From Synechococcus sp. (GTDB lineage: Bacteria > Cyanobacteriota > Cyanobacteriia > PCC-6307 > Cyanobiaceae), in assembly GCA_047285305.1 (NCBI GenBank), contig JBJBDL010000003.1, positions 288,001 through 352,000 on the forward strand: DNA of 64,000 nucleotides. Reading direction: 5' to 3'. The translations under genes were made by a program, and so were the position numbers. Of this stretch, positions 1 to 12,741 are shown piece by piece. The notes under the pieces are model-generated. The model worked only from the letters and a program-made list of their open reading frames with translations. It made no database searches and was not told where the DNA came from. The number at the start of each line of letters is the position of its first letter. Position 1 is the first letter of the stretch.

Positions 1-93
1 CTTTCCACCTACCTCAACCATAGGCTTTGGCTTTAGATGAGTTTCTTCACTCAGCCTTGTACCCAATCCTCCAGCCAAGATAACGGCTTTCAT
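1..93 (-). CDS. rfbF: Glucose-1-phosphate cytidylyltransferase, 5' part only (runs off window edge)
   Basis: Manual translation from ATG at 93 gives [31 protein letters not shown], the typical RfbF N-terminus; too short for the ORF track. Confidence 0.85.
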   Translation of the reverse strand, partial: MKAVILAGGLGTRLSEETHLKPKPMVEVGGK

Positions 94-732
94 GTGGCAT
101 GTAAAAACTTCGGAATAATAGCCCATCCTATTGAACTTGCAATCTTTTATAGATTGAAAAAGAGAAATAACTAATCCAAGTCAATAAATATTTCACTTTT
201 AGCTGACAAAATACCGCCTTAACCAAGCCATTAAGCACGATACTGCAAATGAATACAAACCAAAGGATTTATAGACTTTTTTCTGGCTAATAGGCAACAA
301 GATAGCGGTAACTTTTCGCTTCATAACATTTATCTGATCGATTATTTATGTATTTGCAAAAGAAATCCTGCTTCGAATTAGCAAAAGCAAAGACAAATTC
401 ACATGAATTATCACTCGGAAACCAATATATCGTGCTAACTATTCTCTAGTGTCTTCATGGTTCCACGATACCAGAGACTATGCAAAAGAAACAAAATACG
501 GCCTCCTCTCTCGCTGTGCAGCGACTCTCGAAATATAAGGATTTACCAAGCCAAATATCAAAGATTTAATAATTTAACCTACGAAGAAGTACTTCGAGGC
601 AGAAAGAATTGCATGCCAAGTAGATATACATCATCAGAAATTTAATAGCAATTAATCCGCATTAAAGCAGTACAAGAACAACGGCGGGACTAATTAGGCT
701 ATTGGCATATCTGTCTGCTCGTAGCAAGCAAT

Positions 733-2265
<1,533 letters not shown>

Positions 2266-2277
2266 TCAAAGGCCCGT

Positions 2278-2892
2278 TCAGCTGGCTTGCAAACCATTGA
2301 GGACCGCAGCCACCACCCGGTGATCGCTGTCCTGTTGCAGAGATTGCAACAAGCCTCTTGCCTGAACCGCGATGGGATCGGCTCCCCCCTCTTGCACGAT
2401 CCGACTGAGAATTTCAGCCCCACTCACCCGCACAATGCCATCCGCATCGGCGATAGCCATGGTTGCCAACTCCAGCAACAAAACCAGATCGATGGCGGAC
2501 TGTTCCGCCAGGGCAGACAGAATGCTGCAGCGCACCAACCAGGCAGTATCGGCCTCAAAGGCCGAACGCAGCAAGGGCCAAGCCCGCTCCACCCCGTAGC
2601 TGGCCAAAGCGTTGGCTGCCTCAGCCCGAACATTGGGGTCTTCATCGGCAGTGATTAACGCACTCAGAACGTTCCAGCCCTGTTCAGTGCGCTTGTAACC
2701 CAATCCACTGCAGCTCAAGGAACGCACCAGGAAGGGCTTTTGCTCAGTGCCCAGCACAAGCAATGGCACTGCCTCAGCGTCCGAGCAATGGCGGAGCTGT
2801 GTGATCGCCGGCATCGCCCGTACCGGATCCCCACTGGCAATGGCCTGACGCACCGCCTCGAGATCAGGACGTTGCGGGTCTGTCTCGCTCAT
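2278..2892 (-). CDS. HEAT-repeat protein (PBS lyase/NblB-like)
   Basis: Repeated DxDxxVR-type helical units (DEDPNVRAEAANAL, DADGIVR, DSDHRVV); start at MSETDPQRP. Confidence 0.8.
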   Translation of the reverse strand: MSETDPQRPDLEAVRQAIASGDPVRAMPAITQLRHCSDAEAVPLLVLGTEQKPFLVRSLSCSGLGYKRTEQGWNVLSALITADEDPNVRAEAANALASYGVERAWPLLRSAFEADTAWLVRCSILSALAEQSAIDLVLLLELATMAIADADGIVRVSGAEILSRIVQEGGADPIAVQARGLLQSLQQDSDHRVVAAVLNGLQAS

Positions 2893-3116
2893 GGGTTGCT
2901 GCCGGGGGTGCGCGCCCGTTGAAGGTCCGCCAACAGCCTGGCGCGGCGGCGCTGCCGACCGAGAGCACTGCTGATGGTGAGACCCGAACCCACCAACACC
3001 GCGGGCAGCACCTGCACCCGATCTTTGCCTTGGCGCTGTTTTGTGGCCAACAACGCAAGCAGGATGAGCAATGGAGCCCCGAGGGAAACCCAAATCACCG
3101 CACGACGTTGGTTCAT
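2889..3116 (-). CDS. Small membrane protein (DUF3188-like)
   Basis: Two hydrophobic segments; 4-bp overlaps with both neighbours. Confidence 0.65.
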   Translation of the reverse strand: MNQRRAVIWVSLGAPLLILLALLATKQRQGKDRVQVLPAVLVGSGLTISSALGRQRRRARLLADLQRARTPGSNP

Positions 3117-4294
3117 CCCGACGCGTTCTCCTTGATCCACGCCAGCACGGTGGCCGTGAGAACCGTAATGCCAACACCAAGGGCGTCTTCCTCCAGCGCA
3201 AAAGCTCCGTTATGCAGCGGCGCACACCCTTCTGGCCCAGCCACCCCCAACCGCACCATCATTCCCGGTACATCCCGAAGCAGCTCAGCAAAGTCTTCAG
3301 CCCCCAAGGAGGGTTGCTCTACGGGGAGCACCTTGTCGCGGCCCAGACAATCCACCGCACAACGCTCTAGCAAGGTCGTGAGCTGCGGGTCATTGTGCAC
3401 CGGTGGTGCAATGCAGCGGTAGTTGACCACAGCTGTGCCACCGCCGCTGGCACAGATTCCCTGCACCATCTCATCGATCCAGTCAGGCAGCTGGGCATGC
3501 TGCTGCAGATCCAGACAGCGCACCGTGCCCAGCAAACGCACCTGATCGGCAATCACGTTGAAGGCGCGACCACCCTCCACCTTGCCGAAACTGATCACCA
3601 CTGGCTGCAGAGCGTCCAAGCGGCGGGCAATGGTCTGCTGAAGCTCTGTGATCACCCGAGCCGCCAGCCAAACAGCATCCACGGACTGATGAGGACGAGC
3701 ACCATGGCCGCCCTCTCCCTGCACCAGGATTTCCAGCTCGCCGGCCGCCGCCGTGAGACAGCCCCGACGGATCCCCACAGTGCCCACCGGCAGATTCGGC
3801 ACCACATGCAAGCCATACAACGCATTGAGGCCCTCCACCGCCCCCGCATCCCGCATCCACACTGCCCCCTGGGCCAGTTCTTCAGCGGGTTGAAACAGCA
3901 AGCGCACCCGGGCCGCTAAAGCTGGCTCTTGCGCCAGCAACCGCGCCACCCCCAGGCCCGTGCAGGTGTGCAAGTCGTGACCACAGGCATGCATCAGACC
4001 CTGGCGCGTGGAGGCATAGCTCAGCCCAGTGCGCTCCTCCACTGGTAAGGCGTCCATGTCTACCCGCAAGCCAACCGTAGGAGCATGATCAGGCCCCAAT
4101 TCGGCCACCACGCCCGTGCGGCCAACTCCCTCATGGACCCGCCAACCCAGCTGACGTAGTTCACCGGCGACTAGGGCGGCGGTCTGGTGTTCCTCACCGC
4201 TGAGTTCAGGGTGGGCATGCAGATGCCGGCGCAGCTCCAGCAGCTCAGGCAGCTCACGGCTGAGTCGATCGGAAAAGGACGCCGCTTGGGTCAT
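3113..4294 (-). CDS. M20 family amidohydrolase (N-acyl-amino acid amidohydrolase)
   Basis: RRHLHAHPELSGEE, RVDMDALP, MHACGHD, FQPAEE, GAEDF motifs. Confidence 0.93.
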   Translation of the reverse strand: MTQAASFSDRLSRELPELLELRRHLHAHPELSGEEHQTAALVAGELRQLGWRVHEGVGRTGVVAELGPDHAPTVGLRVDMDALPVEERTGLSYASTRQGLMHACGHDLHTCTGLGVARLLAQEPALAARVRLLFQPAEELAQGAVWMRDAGAVEGLNALYGLHVVPNLPVGTVGIRRGCLTAAAGELEILVQGEGGHGARPHQSVDAVWLAARVITELQQTIARRLDALQPVVISFGKVEGGRAFNVIADQVRLLGTVRCLDLQQHAQLPDWIDEMVQGICASGGGTAVVNYRCIAPPVHNDPQLTTLLERCAVDCLGRDKVLPVEQPSLGAEDFAELLRDVPGMMVRLGVAGPEGCAPLHNGAFALEEDALGVGITVLTATVLAWIKENASG

Positions 4295-4295
4295 C

Positions 4296-5060
4296 TCAGG
4301 ACGCCTCCAAGGCCAGGAATGCCATCAGATCCGCCGTCGGCTGCGGTGGCCAGCGGCGAACCTGCTGCAGCCAGTCGGCCTGGCGGTAACGCTGATCCAG
4401 CCCAGCCGCCGCGGCCCAGTGGCTTTCGGCTTCACCACTGGATCCTTCGCGCCAGAGCAGGCCGCTGAGGGCCGCCCGGGCGTCAGCGAACAAGGGATAG
4501 CGACGGATTAGTTTGCGCAATTCAGCCTCCGCCCAATCGAGGTCTCCCGCTTGCCAGGCCGCCAGGGCCTCGCTGGAGCGGGCCATGGCGAAGCCTGGAC
4601 GGGCGAGGGCAGCCTGCCCATAAAGCTCTCGCGCCTCAGGCCAGTCCCCTTGCGAGCCGCGCACATTGGCCAAGTTGTAGAGGGCAGAGGCATCCTGCGG
4701 ATCGCGCTCCAGAATCCAGAGATAGTCGTTCGCTGCTGCGGACCAGTCCTGAAGCGCCTCTTCTGCCGTGCCTCGGTTCAGATGAGGGTCGCTTACCTCC
4801 GGCGCCAGCACAATCGAGGCGCTCTGGTCTTCGATGGCTCCCGACGCATCTCCCAGGGCCAGACGCACATTGCCGCGGTTGCTCAGCGCTGCTGCATCCT
4901 CTGGGGCCTGCTCCAAAAAGCGGTCCCACAGGGGCAGCGCCTCCACAAAATCCCCCTGACGGCTTGCAGTCAGCGCCTGCTCATAGAGCCCCTGCATGTC
5001 GAGGGCCTGCACCGGCAGGGCCAGCGCGAGACTCAACAACAGGACGAGGAACCGGTTCAT
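4296..5060 (-). CDS. TPR-repeat protein with N-terminal signal peptide
   Basis: Hydrophobic leader, then TPR-like repeats ([25 protein letters not shown]). Confidence 0.85.
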   Translation of the reverse strand: MNRFLVLLLSLALALPVQALDMQGLYEQALTASRQGDFVEALPLWDRFLEQAPEDAAALSNRGNVRLALGDASGAIEDQSASIVLAPEVSDPHLNRGTAEEALQDWSAAANDYLWILERDPQDASALYNLANVRGSQGDWPEARELYGQAALARPGFAMARSSEALAAWQAGDLDWAEAELRKLIRRYPLFADARAALSGLLWREGSSGEAESHWAAAAGLDQRYRQADWLQQVRRWPPQPTADLMAFLALEAS

Positions 5061-6103
5061 GCCGCCTCGGCCAGATGACTGCGGGCCGCATCCGTAACCA
5101 TTCGGCCGCGGGGGGTACGCATCAGCAAACCCTGCTGCAGCAAAAACGGCTCCACCACGGTCTCCAGGGTTACGGGGTCATCGCCAAGGGCCGCCGCCAG
5201 AGTCTCCAACCCCACTGGGCCGCCACCGTGGTGGTCGATCAGCAGCTGCAGCAAACGCCGATCGCTGGCATCGAGGCCCCGATGATCAACGCGGTGCAGG
5301 TTCAGGGCCTCTCCAACAAGGGCCTGATCAATGGCTCCAGCTCTATCGCCGCGAACGCTGGCCACATCCCGCACCCGGCGCAGCAAGCGGTTGGCAATCC
5401 GGGGTGTCCCGCGGCAGGAGGCAGCAATGCTGCTGCGGGCCTCCGGCGTAAGGGTGACCCCGATCAGCCCGGCGGTGCGCTCGACAATCGCTTCAAGATC
5501 GTCCTGGCCGTAAAACTCCAACCGCTGGATCAGGCCGAACCGGTCCCGCAGCGGGGAGCTCAGCGATCCGGCGCGGGTAGTGGCCCCCACGAGGGTGAAC
5601 GGCGGCAGGTCGAGGGAACGGGTTCGTGCTGTGCTGCCCTTGCCCACGGTGAGATCAAGGCGACGGTCCTCCATCGCCGGATAGAGCAGCTCCTCCGCCA
5701 CCCGACTAAGGCGATGAATCTCGTCAATGAACAAAAGATCACCGGGCTGCAGGTTGACCAACAACCCAACGATGTCGCGGGGGCGTTCCAAGGCCGGTGC
5801 ACTGGTGACCTTGCACTGCACTCCCATTTCTTCGGCCAACACCATGGCCATGGTGGTTTTGCCTAAACCCGGCGGGCCATAGAGCAGCACATGATCCAGG
5901 GCATCCCCACGACCCAGGGCCGCTTTCACCGCAATGCCCAGCACCTGCTTGAGCTCGCTCTGGCCGATGTAGTCGTCCAGGCGTTGGGGCCGAAGTTTGT
6001 CTTCCGGCCGACTCACCACCTCTTCAGGTGCCGGCTGGGGGTCCACCAGCGCTTCAGGGCGGCGTGGTGGCTTGCGACCGGAGCTGGAAGAGACAATCGC
6101 CAT
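5057..6103 (-). CDS. ruvB: Holliday junction branch migration helicase RuvB
   Basis: [52 protein letters not shown]; start MAIVSS at 6103. Confidence 0.98.
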   Translation of the reverse strand: MAIVSSSSGRKPPRRPEALVDPQPAPEEVVSRPEDKLRPQRLDDYIGQSELKQVLGIAVKAALGRGDALDHVLLYGPPGLGKTTMAMVLAEEMGVQCKVTSAPALERPRDIVGLLVNLQPGDLLFIDEIHRLSRVAEELLYPAMEDRRLDLTVGKGSTARTRSLDLPPFTLVGATTRAGSLSSPLRDRFGLIQRLEFYGQDDLEAIVERTAGLIGVTLTPEARSSIAASCRGTPRIANRLLRRVRDVASVRGDRAGAIDQALVGEALNLHRVDHRGLDASDRRLLQLLIDHHGGGPVGLETLAAALGDDPVTLETVVEPFLLQQGLLMRTPRGRMVTDAARSHLAEAA

Positions 6104-6153
6104 GCGGGCAGGGTACCCAGACCTGGATAGGGTCGGAAGACGCAGCCACAGCC

Positions 6154-6654
6154 ATGGCCAAGGGAGGAGCGAAAAAAGCAGCTGCAGCTGCAGCACGGGC
6201 CGCCGCCAACCGGATGCTGGCGGACAACCGTCAGGCCCGGCACCAGTACGAAATCCTCGAAACCCTGGAAACCGGCATCGAGCTTGTGGGTACAGAGGTG
6301 AAGTCGATCCGAAACGGCAAAGCCAACCTGCGCGATGGCTTCTGCCTGATACGCAATGGGGAGTTGCAGCTGCACAACGTGCACATCTCACCCCACACCC
6401 ACGCGGGCAGCTACTTCAACCACGACCCACTGCGCACCCGCAAGCTGCTGGCCCATCGCCGTGAGATCGACAAGCTGCGCGGTTTGGTGGATCAGAAAGG
6501 CCTGACGCTGATCCCCCTCAACATTCATCTCAAAGGTTCCTGGATCAAGCTCACCATCGGGCTGGGCAAGGGTCGCAAATTGCACGACAAGCGCGCCGCC
6601 GAAAAGGAAAAGCAATCGAAAAAAGATGTAAAAGCGGCGATGGAGCGCTACTGA
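6154..6654 (+). CDS. smpB: SsrA-binding protein SmpB
   Basis: [43 protein letters not shown]. Confidence 0.98.
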   Translation: MAKGGAKKAAAAAARAAANRMLADNRQARHQYEILETLETGIELVGTEVKSIRNGKANLRDGFCLIRNGELQLHNVHISPHTHAGSYFNHDPLRTRKLLAHRREIDKLRGLVDQKGLTLIPLNIHLKGSWIKLTIGLGKGRKLHDKRAAEKEKQSKKDVKAAMERY

Positions 6655-7565
6655 CCAAGGGGCTCTGCCCGACAGGACAGGGTGAACAAAGCCGAGGAGA
6701 CCCCTTGGTTGATGACCAAGACCTGGAGCGGCGAGCCCGCTTCCGGCGCAATCCGAGCCACCCGCAGGGGGCCACGCTCCTCCTCCACCTGCCCATTGCC
6801 CCCAAAAACCATCATCTGCATCAGCGGTGTGCCGTTGATGCCCACGTCCACGGCATCACCTGCCGGCGCCTCCACCAGCACCAAACGCGCACCACCGGCA
6901 GAGATACTGAACAAAGTGTTGGTGGGTTGAAGCGGGCGTGCTTTGAGCCGCACGATCTCGACGTCATCAATGCTCTGAATCGCCGCTGCAATCCAAAGTT
7001 GAAGAAAAGGGTCAGCGGGTTTGCGGTCCCGCATGGTCACCGGCAGCAGATCCTGGGCGCCAGCGCTCACCAGATGCTCCACGACCCGCGGATGAACGCC
7101 CTGTTTCAACAGCGCCTGACGAGGCTGCTGCCAGTCCCCTGCCCTTAGACGCCCCAACTGGGCTCGAACCGCCGGCGGCAGCAAGGCAATCCGAGCCAGC
7201 CATTGCTCAGCCAGCTTGTTCCAGACTCTGCGTAACGGGGCATCATTCTGTGACTCCGTGCTGAGCTGGCTGGCATCCACAAGTTCGACAAACCAACCGC
7301 GATCCACTTGAAGCGCCCGCAGCCGACTGAGCAATTGCTGGTGTTGATCCAGCTCCGCCGAAGGCAAGCTGACGGCAGGCTGCTGAACCGCACGATCAGG
7401 CGCAGTGTCGACGGGTGAACTGCGGGGTAGCAGGAACCATCCAATCGCGGAACCCACCAGCGCCAAAAGCCCCAGAGCGATCACCACGGGCCAGAGACGA
7501 CCCTCCGCTCCCTGCACGCGAGCTTCCGCACGGCTTGTTCGCAGCGACGTTGTGGGCTCAGGCAC
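6648..7565 (-). CDS. Membrane-anchored hypothetical protein; probably the C-terminal part of a Ser/Thr protein kinase that has lost its kinase domain
   Basis: One TM segment near the N-terminus, GTG start, no kinase motifs; kinase origin inferred from recalled synteny in marine Synechococcus. Confidence 0.55.
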   Translation of the reverse strand: MPEPTTSLRTSRAEARVQGAEGRLWPVVIALGLLALVGSAIGWFLLPRSSPVDTAPDRAVQQPAVSLPSAELDQHQQLLSRLRALQVDRGWFVELVDASQLSTESQNDAPLRRVWNKLAEQWLARIALLPPAVRAQLGRLRAGDWQQPRQALLKQGVHPRVVEHLVSAGAQDLLPVTMRDRKPADPFLQLWIAAAIQSIDDVEIVRLKARPLQPTNTLFSISAGGARLVLVEAPAGDAVDVGINGTPLMQMMVFGGNGQVEEERGPLRVARIAPEAGSPLQVLVINQGVSSALFTLSCRAEPLGQ

Positions 7566-7644
7566 GAGCGCAAATAATTGGAGCGCTGATGGTACCGATG
7601 GTTTGCTGCACCCCCTAGGGTCCGCGAAGGGATAGATCGGGGCC

Positions 7645-7979
7645 GTGCCGCTGCTACTGGGGCTGGATCAACCCCGCGAGCAGGCCCTGATGGAGGCCGC
7701 CTACGACGATGCCGCCAGCCTTGCCGCTACCGGGCCCACTGGCAGGCAACGCAACAGCGCATCGAAATGGCGCTGGTGAGCACGCAGGACCAGACCGTGC
7801 ACCTGAGCCGTGAGGCCTGGTTTTTTCGCCAGGGCGACGCCTGGATCACCGAGCACAGCTTCAAATACTCCCCGAACGCCGCGGCCGCCCTCGCGGCCCA
7901 GGCCGGCTGGCGGATCCAACGCCGCCGGACCGATCCACACCAGCAGATCGCTCTGCATCTGCTTTTGCCGGCAAACTGA
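7645..7979 (+). pseudogene. egtD: Remnant of L-histidine N-alpha-methyltransferase EgtD (C-terminal fragments)
   Basis: Frame 1: LLLGLDQPREQALMEAAYDDAA. Shifted frame: RYRAHWQATQQRIEMALVS...WITEHSFKYS...AGW. Both are characteristic of the EgtD C-terminus; the N-terminal SAM-binding part is absent. Confidence 0.8.
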
Positions 7980-8024
7980 CCCCACAGACTTATCCCACAG
8001 ACAAAGCCCAGGAGCTCAGGCGGC

Positions 8025-8258
8025 ATGAAATCAGACGAACGGCGTCAGGCCATCAAACGGCAGCGTGAGCAGCTCATCCAAGACCTGGAGGCTGTCTACA
8101 TGGCGGCCTTCGATCGCCTGGGAGAACTGGAAGGTGAAGTGGGAGAAGTGAAAGCAGCGCAACTCACCCAGATGATCCTCAACTCCAAAACAGCCGCAAT
8201 CGAGCCCCTGGAAAAGGAAATCGAAAAACCGGTGATTACCACCCCAGGCGAGGCATGA
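8025..8258 (+). CDS. Hercynine metabolism small protein (EgtBD-associated cyanobacterial family)
   Basis: 77-aa helical protein immediately after the egtD remnant; sequence recognised from marine cyanobacteria. Confidence 0.75.
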   Translation: MKSDERRQAIKRQREQLIQDLEAVYMAAFDRLGELEGEVGEVKAAQLTQMILNSKTAAIEPLEKEIEKPVITTPGEA

Positions 8259-8734
8259 GCAGCTGGCTGGAGCAGTTGGAACGGGAGCTGGACGCACGGC
8301 TCTCCGCCTTTCTGCGCAACAACCCCATCCAAGAGCACCTGTTCAGCGAACAGCACCTGAAGGATCGGGCAGCGGCGCTGCAACGGCAACGCCAGCACTT
8401 GCAGGGCGAAGCGAAGCAGCAACGCCAGCAGCTACTGAGGCTGGCCGAGGACGTACGGGCTTGGCGCAGCCGAGTGGAGCATGCCAGGGCAGCCGGCGCA
8501 GCCGATCTAGCCGGGCGTGCCGAACAGCATCACTCCACCCTAATGAACCAGGGCCGTACCCTCTGGGCCGACCTGGAGGACCTAGGACGCCGCTTCAACG
8601 AGGTGGAGCGACAGCTGCAGGAGCTTCAGAAGCAAAAGCAAACGCCTAGCCCCTCAACACTGGAGAAGGACTGGGCGTTGTTTGAAGCTGAGCAAGAGCT
8701 TGAACAGCTGCGCCGCGACGCTGGACTGAGTTGA
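8255..8734 (+). CDS. Hercynine metabolism protein (coiled-coil, EgtBD-associated)
   Basis: MSSWLEQLERELDARLSAFLRNNP coiled-coil; ATGA overlap with the previous gene. Confidence 0.75.
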   Translation: MSSWLEQLERELDARLSAFLRNNPIQEHLFSEQHLKDRAAALQRQRQHLQGEAKQQRQQLLRLAEDVRAWRSRVEHARAAGAADLAGRAEQHHSTLMNQGRTLWADLEDLGRRFNEVERQLQELQKQKQTPSPSTLEKDWALFEAEQELEQLRRDAGLS

Positions 8735-8735
8735 A

Positions 8736-8999
8736 TCAGGCCTTGGGCGCGGGGGGCTCCAGGCTGACACCCTCGGGCGGAGGGGTGGGATCCGGGTCGG
8801 CGATCAGCATGTGCTGGAGCACGATTTCCGGGCGCTCACTGTCGCGCCAGCGGATTCGGTAAGCGGGCATTTTGGTGCCACGGCTGGTGGTCTGCTCCAC
8901 CGGCTCCATCACCCATCCCCGGCGGGAACGGCCCTGAGGATTCCGCTTGACCACGGCATCAGCGTGCTTGAAGCGAAACCCGACGCGTTCTCCACTCAT
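8736..8999 (-). CDS. Conserved cyanobacterial hypothetical protein
   Basis: Clean 87-aa ORF downstream of lysS with GC-rich codon usage. Confidence 0.7.
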   Translation of the reverse strand: MSGERVGFRFKHADAVVKRNPQGRSRRGWVMEPVEQTTSRGTKMPAYRIRWRDSERPEIVLQHMLIADPDPTPPPEGVSLEPPAPKA

Positions 9000-9026
9000 G
9001 GGGATAGGACCATGCCACTCCAACCA

Positions 9027-10535
9027 TTATTCCACTGAGGGTGGTTCTCCCTTGCGGGACTCCGGCCGCAACAGCGGGAAGGCGATCACGTCCCGAATCG
9101 AAGGGCTGTCGGTGAGCAGCATCACCAGCCGGTCGATGCCGATCCCCAAACCTCCGGTGGGGGGCATGCCCACCTCCAGGGCCGTGACGAAATCCTCGTC
9201 CAACCCCTGGGCCTCCAGATCGCCCGCCGCCTTGCGCTCCTGCTGGGCCTCAAGACGCTGGCGTTGATCCACGGGATCGGTGAGCTCACTGAAGGCATTG
9301 GCGTGCTCGCGTCCGACGATGAACAACTCAAAGCGTTCCACCAAGCCGGGCTTGCTGCGATGGGGCCTGGCCAGTGGCGAAATCTCCACCGGATAATCGG
9401 TGACGAAAGTGGGCTGAATCAGGGTCGTCTCCACCGCTTGCTCAAAGGCTTCATTGAGCAAGCGGCCCACCGAGTCGGCCAGCTCAGGGGCGTGCAAACC
9501 CTTGGCAGTCATCGCCGCCGCCGCGTCTTCCCGGCTGCTGAGGGTTTTGAAATCGAGCCCCGTCGCGTCCTGCACGAGCTCGTGCATGGTGGCGCGCCGC
9601 CACGGCGGCGCCAGATCAATCTCCGTGCCTTGATAGGTGATGGTGGTCGTCCCGCAGACCTCTTCACAGACGGCGCTGACCATCTGCTCGGTGAGCTCCA
9701 TCATCCCGAGGTAATCGCTGTAGGCCTGATAGATCTCCACCGAGGTGAACTCAGGGTTGTGGCGGGTGCTGACCCCTTCATTACGGAAGATCCGGCCCAG
9801 CTCATACACCCGCTCAAAGCCGCCCACCACCAGGCGCTTCAGGTGCAGTTCCGTCGCAATCCGCAGGGTGAGGGGCAGGTCGAGAGCATTGTGGTGGGTC
9901 TCGAACGGCCGCGCGTCAGCGCCACCGGGTTCGCTCTGAAGCACAGGGGTCTCGATCTCGAGAAAATCGCGCTGATCGAGCCAACGGCGAATGCCGCTGA
10001 CCATTCGGGCCCGACGCCGAAAGGTCTCACGGCTGTCGGGGGACACGACCAGATCGAGATAGCGCTGGCGGTAGCGCTTCTCCACGTCGGCCAATCCATG
10101 CCACTTGTCGGGAAGTGGCTGCAGCGCCTTGGTGAGCATGCGCCAGTCGCTCACCTTCACCGACAGCTCGCCACGGTCGGTGCGACGCAGGGTGCCGCTC
10201 ACCCCAAGCCAGTCGCCACTGTCCACCAGCGAGGTGATCTGTTTGAACCAGCCCTCCTGCTGGGCCTCGAGACCCGCCTTCTCCAGGAACAGCTGAATGG
10301 AGCCCGTCTCATCGGCCAGGGTGAAAAAGGCCAGCTTTCCCATCACCCGGCGGGTCATCACCCTTCCTGCCACGGAAACGCTGACATCCCGCTCTTCCCC
10401 CTTGGGCAGATCGGCATGGGTCTCCTGCAGCTCGGCCATGCGATGGCTGGGGCTGAAGGTGAGGGCATATGGCCCCTGCCCCAGCTCTTCCAAGGTCTTG
10501 GCCTTTTCCAGACGGGTGTCGCGCAGCTCAGACAC
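9027..10535 (-). CDS. lysS: Lysine--tRNA ligase (class II)
   Basis: [48 protein letters not shown]. Confidence 0.98.
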   Translation of the reverse strand: MSELRDTRLEKAKTLEELGQGPYALTFSPSHRMAELQETHADLPKGEERDVSVSVAGRVMTRRVMGKLAFFTLADETGSIQLFLEKAGLEAQQEGWFKQITSLVDSGDWLGVSGTLRRTDRGELSVKVSDWRMLTKALQPLPDKWHGLADVEKRYRQRYLDLVVSPDSRETFRRRARMVSGIRRWLDQRDFLEIETPVLQSEPGGADARPFETHHNALDLPLTLRIATELHLKRLVVGGFERVYELGRIFRNEGVSTRHNPEFTSVEIYQAYSDYLGMMELTEQMVSAVCEEVCGTTTITYQGTEIDLAPPWRRATMHELVQDATGLDFKTLSSREDAAAAMTAKGLHAPELADSVGRLLNEAFEQAVETTLIQPTFVTDYPVEISPLARPHRSKPGLVERFELFIVGREHANAFSELTDPVDQRQRLEAQQERKAAGDLEAQGLDEDFVTALEVGMPPTGGLGIGIDRLVMLLTDSPSIRDVIAFPLLRPESRKGEPPSVE

Positions 10536-10579
10536 AGCAGCAGGTCAGTCGGGCGCCATCCTGCCCGTTCGCGGGTTGA

Positions 10580-11341
10580 TTAACCGGCAGCAGAGGCCTC
10601 GCCCATGCGTTGGGATGCATAACCGATGCCTCGCACCGTGAGGATCAGCTCGGGATTGCGGGGATCAGGCTCCAATTTTCCGCGCAACCGCGCCACATAG
10701 ACATCCACCACTCGCAGATCGGCTGCACGGCGAGGGGGATAACCCCAGAGCTGCTCCAGAATTTCGGCCCGTGGCACCACATGACCGGGGTCGCGGAACA
10801 GCAGCTCCAGCAGGCTGAACTCCGTGTAGGTGAGGTTGATGCGCTCCGATCCACGGGTGACCTGGCGTCGGTTGGTATCCACCACCAGATCACCGAGCCG
10901 CAAAACGCCTTGCCCTGTGGGCAATTCACGGCTTTCAACAACAGCATTGCCCCGGCCCACCCGGCGCAGAATCGTGGCGATGCGTGCCTCGAGTTCTTTG
11001 GGGCTGAAGGGCTTAGGCAGGTAGTCGTCTGCGCCCAGATCCAGACCGGCCACCCGCTCGGAGATCGCTTCAACCGCTGAGAGGAAAATGATCGGGACGC
11101 AGGATTCGGACCGCAGGCGGCGGCATACAGCAAAGCCATCCAGCTTGGGCAGCATCACATCGAGCACCACCAGGTCTGGGGACTCGTTGTGGAACATCTC
11201 TAGGGCCTGCTCACCATCCTCAGCGCAGATGACGCGGTAGCCCGACAGCTGCAGGCGCATCACAAGAACGCGCCGGACTGCTGCCTCGTCATCAACGACA
11301 AGAATGGTCGCTTTCGGTTGTGAGGGCAGGTCGCCCGTCAT
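10580..11341 (-). CDS. srrA: OmpR-family response regulator, RpaB paralog (SrrA-type)
   Basis: Receiver domain (VVDDE, LDVMLP, KPF) plus RpaB-like winged helix (RVVDVYVARLRGKLEPDP); N-terminus differs from canonical RpaB. Confidence 0.75.
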   Translation of the reverse strand: MTGDLPSQPKATILVVDDEAAVRRVLVMRLQLSGYRVICAEDGEQALEMFHNESPDLVVLDVMLPKLDGFAVCRRLRSESCVPIIFLSAVEAISERVAGLDLGADDYLPKPFSPKELEARIATILRRVGRGNAVVESRELPTGQGVLRLGDLVVDTNRRQVTRGSERINLTYTEFSLLELLFRDPGHVVPRAEILEQLWGYPPRRAADLRVVDVYVARLRGKLEPDPRNPELILTVRGIGYASQRMGEASAAG

Positions 11342-11433
11342 CCGAATCAAACTTTTAACGAGCTGCAACCTTACTGGTCAGGGCCTTGACACAGAAGCAA
11401 ACACCCTGGCGCGCGTCCGGTTTACTGATTGTT

Positions 11434-12741
11434 TTAAGAATTGCCTGGGGCCTCGGGCCAGCGCGAATGGGCATAACGGTTCCATTCCGACGCCGCAGCT
11501 GTTAAGGCCTGCTCAGGGCTGATCTGGGCCAACATCGCCCGCTGCATCTGGGTGTAGATGATCTTCTGGAGGCGCTTGATCCCCGGCAGCGCCGGCACTA
11601 ACACCAGGGCACGGTCCAACGTGCTGGCCGATAACAAACGGGCCTGGCGAATCTGATGCTCCGCGGCGGTCGCGGGCTCCTCCTGCTCCAACGCCTCACG
11701 CACCCGAGCCAAGGCCTCCAACGACGACGGCAGCACCCGGGCCTCAGCCGCGAAGCGCACCTGTTGATCAGCATCGGTCAGGAACAGTGCAAGATCCACG
11801 GACTCTTGTGCGCGCTGGCTCTGACGCGGCACCGCCAACGTCATCAGGGCCACATTGGCTGTGCCATCTGCACCGGTCACCGGAGGATGGGGCTCCGTCA
11901 CCGCGGCCACCCCCGGCGCATTGGTCTGAATGCTGCGCAGGAATTCGGCCCCCGTGGCTGCCAGGGCCAGATCACCGCTCTGGAACAACTCGATTGCCCG
12001 GCGCTGCCCCTGGCTCACCACCTCCCGGGGCAGCAGCCCCTCTCGGTAGAGATCACTCCAAAAACGAAAGGCCCGGAGCCCTGCAGGACTGTCGAAGGCG
12101 GCCCTGCGTTGGGGGTCCAGCAGGGTCACCCCCATCTGTACCAGGGTTTCCAGGAGCTCGGCCGAGTTGTCCGGAACAGTGGTGAGGAAGAGGCCATAAC
12201 GGCCTGTTCGCTCGCGGATCCGACGGGCGAAGGCCGGCACCTGATCCCAGCGAGTGGGCGGTGCTGCAATGCCGGCTTGATCCAACAGCGCCCGGTTCAC
12301 CAGACTTAGCCGCACAGTGAGGTACCAAGGCACAGCGATCTGCCCGGCATCGGGATCTCGGCAGGCCTGCCACACTGATGGCAGATAACGACCGGCAGCA
12401 GCGGCAGGCAGCAGCGGGGTTAAGTCGGTCAAACCACCCTTGCTAGCCAGATTGGCCGCGAAGGGTGGATTGAGGTTCACCAGATCCGGGGCCGTGCGGG
12501 CAAACACTGAAGCCAGCAACTTACGTTCCACCGACCCCCAGGGCAGATCAGTCCAGCGCACGGGCCCGTCGGGATGGAGGCGACTCCAAGCCCCCAAAAC
12601 ATCCGCGAAATAGGGGTTGAACTTGGGAGCCAATTGCAGGGTCCACAACTCCAATTCCCTGGTCTTTGGGACCCTGGGGCCGCAGGCCGCCAGCCCAAAG
12701 GCCGCTGCACCCAGCAGCAGCTCCCGACGCGTCAGCCTCAT
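11434..12741 (-). CDS. ABC transporter sugar-binding lipoprotein
   Basis: TRRELLLGAAAFGLAAC twin-Arg/lipobox leader; APDLVNLN and VPWY motifs of family 1 solute-binding proteins. Confidence 0.85.
   Translation of the reverse strand: MRLTRRELLLGAAAFGLAACGPRVPKTRELELWTLQLAPKFNPYFADVLGAWSRLHPDGPVRWTDLPWGSVERKLLASVFARTAPDLVNLNPPFAANLASKGGLTDLTPLLPAAAAGRYLPSVWQACRDPDAGQIAVPWYLTVRLSLVNRALLDQAGIAAPPTRWDQVPAFARRIRERTGRYGLFLTTVPDNSAELLETLVQMGVTLLDPQRRAAFDSPAGLRAFRFWSDLYREGLLPREVVSQGQRRAIELFQSGDLALAATGAEFLRSIQTNAPGVAAVTEPHPPVTGADGTANVALMTLAVPRQSQRAQESVDLALFLTDADQQVRFAAEARVLPSSLEALARVREALEQEEPATAAEHQIRQARLLSASTLDRALVLVPALPGIKRLQKIIYTQMQRAMLAQISPEQALTAAASEWNRYAHSRWPEAPGNS

Noticed and set aside
457..645. 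62-aa ORF between rfbF and thiC
   Set aside because: No recognisable features; likely a chance ORF
9264..10583. Long antisense ORFs (439 aa opposite lysS; similar ones opposite thiC, ruvB, mreB, gyrB, secA)
   Set aside because: Shadow frames expected from GC-rich codon bias; no recognisable motifs
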